NCBI RefSeq assembly: GCF_000981785.2
Contig: NZ_CP011304.1
Location: forward strand, 900,001-932,000
Direction: 5' to 3'
Source of the DNA: Microcystis aeruginosa NIES-2549
GTDB taxonomy: Bacteria > Cyanobacteriota > Cyanobacteriia > Cyanobacteriales > Microcystaceae
DNA length: 32,000 nt
The notes beneath the pieces are model-generated. The model was not told where the DNA came from. It ran no database searches and saw only the letters and a list, made by a program, of their open reading frames with translations. Position 1 is the stretch's first letter. Every line of letters begins with the position of its first letter. Positions 26,795 to 32,000 of the stretch are shown here, piece by piece. Both the position numbers and the translations under genes were made by a program.

Positions 26795-26923
26795 GAGCGA
26801 TCGAGTTAAAATAGGTAAGTGAAAATAATTATATTCTTTAATGATAGAGATGGTTTTAAAAGAAAAAGTAAAAAAAGACCATTACTGTAAAAATTTCCCG
26901 ATCCCCTCTTTTCTTTGAAAATT

Positions 26924-27457
26924 ATGACCCCACAGTTAATTGAAATTCTCTCGGCTGACGAAATTCGTCGCACCATTACCCGTTTAGCTTCCGAAGTTAT
27001 CGAAAAAAGTGGCGATTTAAATAACTTGATTTTGATCGGTATCTACACGCGAGGAGTGCCTTTAGCTAATTTAATTGCTAATCAAATTGAGAGCTTAGAA
27101 GGGGTAAAAGTTCCCGTAGGAGCGATCGATATTACCTTCTATCGCGACGATCTTGATCGCATTAAAACCCGCACTCCTGCTAAAACCAAAATGCCCCTAG
27201 ATGTCACGGGAAAAACCGTGATTTTAGTCGATGATGTTATCTATAAAGGTCGCACAATCCGCGCCGCTTTTAATGCTATTATTGAGTATGGCAGACCGCA
27301 AAAAATCCGCTTATTAGTTCTCGTTGATCGTGGTCATCGGGAATTACCAATTCACCCAGATTTTACTGGCAAAAAACTCCCCACCGCAGCCGAGGAACAG
27401 GTCAGAGTTTATCTACAGGAGATTGACGGCAAAGATGGGGTGGAATTAATCAAATAA
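26924..27457 (+). CDS. pyrR: Bifunctional pyrimidine regulatory protein / uracil phosphoribosyltransferase PyrR
   Basis: [22 protein letters not shown] and PRPP motif [20 protein letters not shown] 26924 is preferred; the ORF is open from TTG 26915. Confidence 0.93.
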   Translation: MTPQLIEILSADEIRRTITRLASEVIEKSGDLNNLILIGIYTRGVPLANLIANQIESLEGVKVPVGAIDITFYRDDLDRIKTRTPAKTKMPLDVTGKTVILVDDVIYKGRTIRAAFNAIIEYGRPQKIRLLVLVDRGHRELPIHPDFTGKKLPTAAEEQVRVYLQEIDGKDGVELIK

Positions 27458-27508
27458 ACAGATAATTGGTAACTAATCCCCGGAGGAAAATAAACAGAAT
27501 TGCTTCGA

Positions 27509-27650
27509 TAAGTAGGTAGGCGTTAAAAATTATCAGACACCCCCCTTATCAAGGGTAGGGTTGATTCATGAATCAACCCTACCTTATCAGGGGGGGCAGG
27601 GGGTATCGAACCTAAAATCCATTTTTAATTTAATTATAACCAGCTACTTA
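27509..27650. mobile_element. MITE copy 3 carrying a nested palindromic insertion
   Basis: Same termini as copy 1 (TA-AGTAGGTAGG ... CCAGCTACT-TA). The central CCCCCCTTATCAAGGGGGG hairpin is interrupted by a 28-nt palindrome. Confidence 0.85.
27555..27582. repeat. 28-nt perfect palindromic element nested in the MITE
   Basis: GTAGGGTTGATTCATGAATCAACCCTAC is its own reverse complement. It is flanked by duplicated CTTATCA. Confidence 0.85.
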
Positions 27651-27669
27651 ATAGCCACAAAAATAGCAC

Positions 27670-27704
27670 TTGTTAAGTTTTTTCCTGTTTAGAAAACTTA
27701 ACAA
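27670..27704. terminator. 12-bp perfect hairpin between the convergent pyrR and EEP genes
   Basis: TTGTTAAGTTTT - 11-nt loop - AAAACTTAACAA. On the minus strand it is followed a few nt later by a T5 run (ctatttttgtgg). Confidence 0.4.
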
Positions 27705-27780
27705 ATTTAACCAACGAATTACTAAAGTCTGCTGAAGCTTTTACCCTCTATATATTTGCTAAATACAAAAATAATCTTTT

Positions 27781-28563
27781 TTAGGGCAAGGTAAAAGCAG
27801 CAATTACAGGATAATGATCGGAGGGAATAAGATTCAACCAACGGCAAGGATCGACTTTTGCCCAATCTAACTGCAAACGGCTATCATAATAAATGGTATC
27901 GATGGCTAAATAGGGGGTATCGGTGTAATTATTAAAGCTCATTTGTTCCGCTAATTCCAAATCGGCTAAAGCATCCTTTAATTTAATTTCTGACTGGAGA
28001 GGTTGAGTTAAAATCTGACGGGGTAATTGCTGAGAATTAACATTAAAATCACCTGTTAAAAATAGGTAATCTTTTGTTAAATCTAGTTGACAAAAACGCT
28101 CCTGTATGCACTTAGCACCTAAGTCCTTAGCTTTGTCGCTATAGTAATCGAGATGGGTGTTATAAAACTGTAAAGTTTGCCCCTCAAGAGTGCGAAATTT
28201 AGCCCCCGTTACCATGCGGGGATAAGGATTACCCCAAGCTTCGGTAATACTGCCAATAATATCGGGAGTTTCTGATAACCAAAATTCGTAAATTTCCAAA
28301 CATTTCAACCGACTTGGTTGATACAAAATCGCACAATGTTCATCTAATCCTGTTCCCCTGCGATCGCTTCCTAAACTTTGGTATTTTGGCAATAAACGGT
28401 GTAGATCCAATAGTTGATTAGCGCGAGCTTCCTGAGTACCAATTATATCGGGAGAATAGTGAGCAATTAAAGCCGCGACTGCTTCCCTTCTTACTCGCCA
28501 ATTACGCTCATCGGGATCGGGTTTATCGTAGCGAATATTAAAGGACATCGCTGTTAGTTTCAT
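27781..28563 (-). CDS. Endonuclease/exonuclease/phosphatase (EEP) family protein
   Basis: MSFNIRYD, GTQE, NTHLD, GDFN and C-terminal SDHYPV motifs of the EEP fold. Confidence 0.85.
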   Translation of the reverse strand: MKLTAMSFNIRYDKPDPDERNWRVRREAVAALIAHYSPDIIGTQEARANQLLDLHRLLPKYQSLGSDRRGTGLDEHCAILYQPSRLKCLEIYEFWLSETPDIIGSITEAWGNPYPRMVTGAKFRTLEGQTLQFYNTHLDYYSDKAKDLGAKCIQERFCQLDLTKDYLFLTGDFNVNSQQLPRQILTQPLQSEIKLKDALADLELAEQMSFNNYTDTPYLAIDTIYYDSRLQLDWAKVDPCRWLNLIPSDHYPVIAAFTLP

Positions 28564-28610
28564 AGCAAAATGGAGAATAGGGAAGATGGAAGGGAATGGG
28601 GATTTCTGTC

Positions 28611-28645
28611 AGTGAATAGTAATCAGTAATCAGTGAACTGAAAAC
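28611..28645. repeat. Degenerate heptanucleotide repeat array (AGTAATC-like x5)
   Basis: agtgaat agtaatc agtaatc agtgaac tgaaaac. It shares the ...ACTGAAAAC tail with the 7784-7840 array. Confidence 0.7.
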
Positions 28646-28777
28646 CCACATCTGATAACAAAGTCCGAATCTAAAACCTAATTCGTTAAGCTAAAAGCTT
28701 CGATGTGCTTAGTTTCTAACCTTCTTTTTAGGTAGGAGAATTGCCAGATTCTGTCTTTTGCCCCTTGCCTTCAGAAG

Positions 28778-28794
28778 CTGATAACTGATAACTG
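28778..28794. repeat. Heptanucleotide repeat (CTGATAA) x2.4, the reverse complement of the CAGTTAT-type unit
   Basis: ctgataa ctgataa ctg. Confidence 0.7.
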
Positions 28795-28801
28795 CCTTTT
28801 T

Positions 28802-29002
28802 CTAGGATCGAGAATCAGAATCTATATCTGTCTTCACTTCGGGGATAATATCCGGTCTTTGGGCATCTTCCCAACCAACCGGACGTTTAGAATTATACCA
28901 AGCGATCGAACCGATGGTGACAGCAGCCAGAAAACCGACCACATAAACTGCCACGAAATAAACGGGGAATTTGCCACTGGCCACTTCTAGGAGTAGATAC
29001 AT
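28802..29002 (-). CDS. Small single-pass membrane protein
   Basis: 66 aa with one hydrophobic helix (VYFVAVYVVGFLAAVTIGSIAWY) and an acidic tail. Family not recognised. Confidence 0.55.
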   Translation of the reverse strand: MYLLLEVASGKFPVYFVAVYVVGFLAAVTIGSIAWYNSKRPVGWEDAQRPDIIPEVKTDIDSDSRS

Positions 29003-29061
29003 AATTTTTTCACGATTAAGCTTTTAATTTGTATATCTTAACAGAATCGGCCCCCTCATCC

Positions 29062-29469
29062 CTATTCTCGATCGCTACTGGTCCACCAACCGGAAGGCAG
29101 CCAAACACCGCCATGAAAAGCTATTTTTGCCGGTGTCATCACATATCCCCAGGCCTCGCCGATCAATTCTCGCTCTAGATTATAAATAGGGATTCTGCGA
29201 CGCTGATACTCGTTTTCTTCTGGAGATCTGCCGGGTTGATAATCTTCCAAACCATCCAAAAGCTCAATATCATAATCTGCGTTAAAAGTCAATAAAATTC
29301 CCTTCACCCAGCCCTCCCCCTCGGTCAGTCCGGGATAACCGAGGGCGGTAAGATGGTATAAATGCCCCCTTGTGTAGGCGGTTTTAGAGTTGATCACTTT
29401 TCCTGCACAGTAGGCAGAATAGTTACTCTCCCTGGGTTTCAGGGTTCCATAAACAAAAACTTCCATCAT
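29062..29469 (-). CDS. Gamma-glutamylcyclotransferase (AIG2/GGACT-like) family protein
   Basis: N-terminal VFVYGTLK motif and a conserved acidic residue context (LDGLEDY). Its start overlaps the AKR stop by 4 nt, implying co-transcription. Confidence 0.8.
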   Translation of the reverse strand: MMEVFVYGTLKPRESNYSAYCAGKVINSKTAYTRGHLYHLTALGYPGLTEGEGWVKGILLTFNADYDIELLDGLEDYQPGRSPEENEYQRRRIPIYNLERELIGEAWGYVMTPAKIAFHGGVWLPSGWWTSSDRE

Positions 29470-30491
29470 CGATCCAATTGTGCAGCTACTCCTCCTAATA
29501 GGATATCGCGAACAAATTGACTGGCTAAAAGTTCGTGGGGAAAACCGAGGGAAATGGCACTGATATTATCGAGTCTTTGCAGCTGTTCCCCAGTCAGGTT
29601 AAAATCCACACAGGCGAGATTATCCTGCAATTGGGACAATTTTCGAGCGCCAATGATAGGAATTACGGAGTTAGGGCGATTTCTGAGCCAATTTAACGCC
29701 ACTTGTGCCGGTGATTTGCCGATTTCTCTGGCAATCTCTAGGACGGTCTCGGCAATTTTCAGATCGCGATCAAGAATTTGAAAAGGTTGGTCGGTCATGC
29801 TTAAACGACCATCGACGGGGTTGGGTTGATTATATTTTCCCGTTAAAACTCCTCCTCCCAGGGGACTCCAAGCTGTCACCCCGATGTTTAATGCTTTGGC
29901 CATAGGCAATAATTCCCGTTCGGGGGTGCGTTCCTTGAGAGAATATTCTATCTGTAGTCCGATAAAGGGTGTCCATCCCCGTAGGGTGGCTAGGGTGTTC
30001 GCTTGGGAGACAATCCAAGCAGGACTGTCAGAAATGCCGATATAAAGCACTTTTCCCATCCTGACCAAATCATCGAAAGCACGCATCACTTCCTCGATAG
30101 GAGTGAGAGAGTCCCAAATATGAAGCCAGAGTAAATCGATGTAATCAGTGCCTAAACGCTTTAAACTAGCTTCTACCGCCTGAAAGAGGTTTTTTCGATG
30201 ATTTCCGCAGGCATTGACATCGCCGGGGCGGGTGTTGAGAGAATATTTCGTGGCAATTACCCATTTTTCTCGATCGCCCTTGACAAATTCCCCCACTAAT
30301 GTTTCACTGGTTCCGTTAGTGTAGAAATTAGCAGTATCGAGAAAATTGCCCCCCGCTTCCGCAAAAGCCTGAAAAACCGCCCGACTTTCCTCTTTATCCG
30401 ACCCCCAACCCCAATCTTCCCCGAATGTCATCGTTCCTAGACATAGTTCCGAAACTCGCAGACCACTATTACCTAAAAGTTTGTAACGCAT
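29466..30491 (-). CDS. Aldo/keto reductase (Tas/YajO-like)
   Basis: MRYKLLGNSGLRVSELCLGTMTFG, FLDTANFY, ATKY, IDLLWLHIWD and ISDSPAW: AKR catalytic tetrad context. Confidence 0.9.
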   Translation of the reverse strand: MRYKLLGNSGLRVSELCLGTMTFGEDWGWGSDKEESRAVFQAFAEAGGNFLDTANFYTNGTSETLVGEFVKGDREKWVIATKYSLNTRPGDVNACGNHRKNLFQAVEASLKRLGTDYIDLLWLHIWDSLTPIEEVMRAFDDLVRMGKVLYIGISDSPAWIVSQANTLATLRGWTPFIGLQIEYSLKERTPERELLPMAKALNIGVTAWSPLGGGVLTGKYNQPNPVDGRLSMTDQPFQILDRDLKIAETVLEIAREIGKSPAQVALNWLRNRPNSVIPIIGARKLSQLQDNLACVDFNLTGEQLQRLDNISAISLGFPHELLASQFVRDILLGGVAAQLDR

Positions 30492-30682
30492 AATTAACTA
30501 AAATTTTGAATAATGAAGTTAATTATAATTGAATTTGATCGACATTTTTACTACAGCATCCAGTCTTTTTTGTCAAGTACATTTGATACAAGTTTCATAA
30601 GCTAACCCCAGTGAAAGCTATGACCTTAAAGGAGGATAAACCACCTCGGTGGGGGGGTCATTCCCCCGTTAACTGGGCGATT

Positions 30683-30909
30683 CTATTTAGGGTTTGCTGA
30701 ATAAATCTAAAAACCTTGTTGGGTAAGACTTTTAGACTTTTTGTCAATCAAAAAGTACCAGGTATGGGAGTGATCAGGGGGAAAATTCCGGGACTTTTTC
30801 CCTAAAAATTAGGTAATTGGCCACCTCAAAACCGGTAAAATCCCACACCCCACACCCCACACCCCACACCCTGCCCCCACCGAAAAACTTTTTCAGCAGA
30901 CCCTATTTA
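30683..30909. repeat. ~227-bp segment bounded by 19-nt imperfect inverted repeats (MITE-like)
   Basis: CTATTTAGGGTTTGCTGAA (30683-30701) versus TTCAGCAGACCCTATTTAG (30891-30909), 16/19 complementary. The (CCCACAC)x4 array lies inside it. Confidence 0.5.
30841..30868. repeat. Heptanucleotide tandem repeat (CCCACAC) x4
   Basis: cccacac cccacac cccacac cccacac, followed by the degenerate unit cctgccc. Confidence 0.95.
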
Positions 30910-31063
30910 GTTGCTTGATTACCTTGGTTCGTCGTGGAGGGTTTCGGACGCTTCCCCAAGCTCGGCGTTTATGGGCCAAGCAAGTTGACACAATGCCTTA
31001 CTTTTATGAAACCATCCTCCTAAATTGCCCTTAAAAAGGGGTATTTAAAGCTGAAAAAAGGGG

Positions 31064-31090
31064 CTTTGCGCCCCAAAAAATCTTTAGTCA
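31064..31090 (-). terminator. Rho-independent terminator of ndhF (bidirectional form)
   Basis: AAAAAA-GGGGC-tttgc-GCCCC-AAAAAA. On the minus strand the GC hairpin is followed by T6, 14 nt after the ndhF stop. Confidence 0.75.
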
Positions 31091-31103
31091 ACGGCTTAAA
31101 AAT

Positions 31104-32000
31104 CTACACCAGACTATAGACAATTACTAAACCCAAAACTGCGGCAAAGACAATTAAAGCGTAGAATTGGGCGCGACCATTTTCGAGGTATTTGAGACCT
31201 TCACCACTGACAAGAGTAGCTAAACCGGTTAAATTCACTGCCCCATCGATAACGCGATAATCCACTTCCATAATTTGCCGTGCGAGACGACGACAACCCT
31301 GGACAAAAACTCGATCATAGAGATTATCAATGTACCATTTGTTCAGGGAAAAACGATACAAAGCGGGGAATTTTTCCGCAATAGTTGCGGGGTCAATTTT
31401 CTTCTGGAGATACATCAAAGAAGCGACAGTAATCCCGATTAAAGCAATCCCCACCGAATTACCCGCCATAATCAGAAACTCTGTCCAATCAAAAGCATGA
31501 ACTTCTTCCACCACTTCGTTAGGAACATGAATAAAACCCTCGAAGAAATTCTGCCAAGGTTTACCCACCAAACCGATTAACAAAGAGGGAACCGCCAAAA
31601 TCATGAGAGGTAAAGTCATAGTAATTGGCGATTCGTGGGGTTCATGGGCATGATGGCCGTGGTTGTCTTCTTCCTGTGCTTCCGAGTCTAATTGCTTAAC
31701 ATTCATCGCCCCCGGTCCAAAAGCTGGAATCGCGCCCGCATTGGCTAACAGTCGGCGTTTAATCTCCTTATTAGTCCCTCTAAACTCCCCTTCAAAGGTG
31801 TTAAAGTACATCCGGAACATATAAAAAGCTGTTAAACCCGCAGTAGCCCAACCGATTAACCATAAAGACGGGTTCGCCTCAAAAGCTAAACCGAGAATTT
31901 CATCCTTAGACCAGAAACCGGCGAAGGGAGGAATCCCACAGATGGCCAGAGTTCCCACCAGGAAAGTCAGGGCAGTAATGGGCATATACTTGCGTAAACC
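31104..32000 (-). CDS. ndhF: NAD(P)H-quinone oxidoreductase subunit 5 (NdhF), C-terminal part; 5' end outside window
   Basis: The frame stays open to the window edge (..GLRKYMPITALTFLVGTLAICGIPPFAGFWSKDEIL). The long C-terminal extension with a His-rich loop (HGHHAHEPHE) and terminal TM helices fits an NdhF1-type subunit. Confidence 0.92.
   Translation of the reverse strand, partial: GLRKYMPITALTFLVGTLAICGIPPFAGFWSKDEILGLAFEANPSLWLIGWATAGLTAFYMFRMYFNTFEGEFRGTNKEIKRRLLANAGAIPAFGPGAMNVKQLDSEAQEEDNHGHHAHEPHESPITMTLPLMILAVPSLLIGLVGKPWQNFFEGFIHVPNEVVEEVHAFDWTEFLIMAGNSVGIALIGITVASLMYLQKKIDPATIAEKFPALYRFSLNKWYIDNLYDRVFVQGCRRLARQIMEVDYRVIDGAVNLTGLATLVSGEGLKYLENGRAQFYALIVFAAVLGLVIVYSLV

Noticed and set aside
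29554-30018. ORFs 29554-29781 (+), 29705-29905 (+) and 29830-30018 (-)
   Set aside because: Shadow or alternative frames within the aldo/keto reductase gene.

Overview
Cyanobacterial chromosomal window. The evidence is repeated HIP1 octamers GCGATCGC (e.g. 308-315, 7342-7349, 8731-8738), heptanucleotide tandem repeats, small MITEs, ndhF and a cyanobacterial-type sulfate-uptake cluster. The repeat content resembles Microcystis-type genomes, but that taxon call is inference only. Most of the window is housekeeping: uvrC (5' partial), an LMW protein-tyrosine phosphatase, a NarL-type response regulator, natC/natA-like amino-acid ABC genes, hisH, sbpA-NIL-cysT-cysW-cysA with a divergent Crp-family (CysR-like) regulator, rnc, thrS, an MPBQ/MSBQ-type methyltransferase, a fused double-ATPase ABC protein, an amidase, pyrR, an EEP-family nuclease/phosphatase, an AKR plus gamma-glutamylcyclotransferase pair, and ndhF (5' partial). 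The most interesting region is 16.2-22.0 kb. A perfect Fur-family (Zur-type) palindrome abuts thrS, which is followed by a canonical COG0523 metallochaperone GTPase. After a MITE insertion comes a second promoter carrying a related palindrome. That promoter drives a tightly coupled trio: a stripped-down COG0523-like P-loop protein, a metallophosphoesterase in which two metal ligands are replaced by Cys, and a catalytically degenerate paralogue of it. I read this as a candidate, largely undescribed metal (zinc)-limitation module. Other points of interest: a pore-less voltage-sensor-like membrane protein (2494-4101); two adjacent toxin-antitoxin loci that have both lost their toxins (1375-2240); a three-copy MITE family with TA target duplications that supplies the stop codons of two genes; a nested palindromic insertion with a visible target-site duplication; and a tRNA-Thr-like 3' half fragment. 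No rRNA, intact tRNA or CRISPR array was seen.
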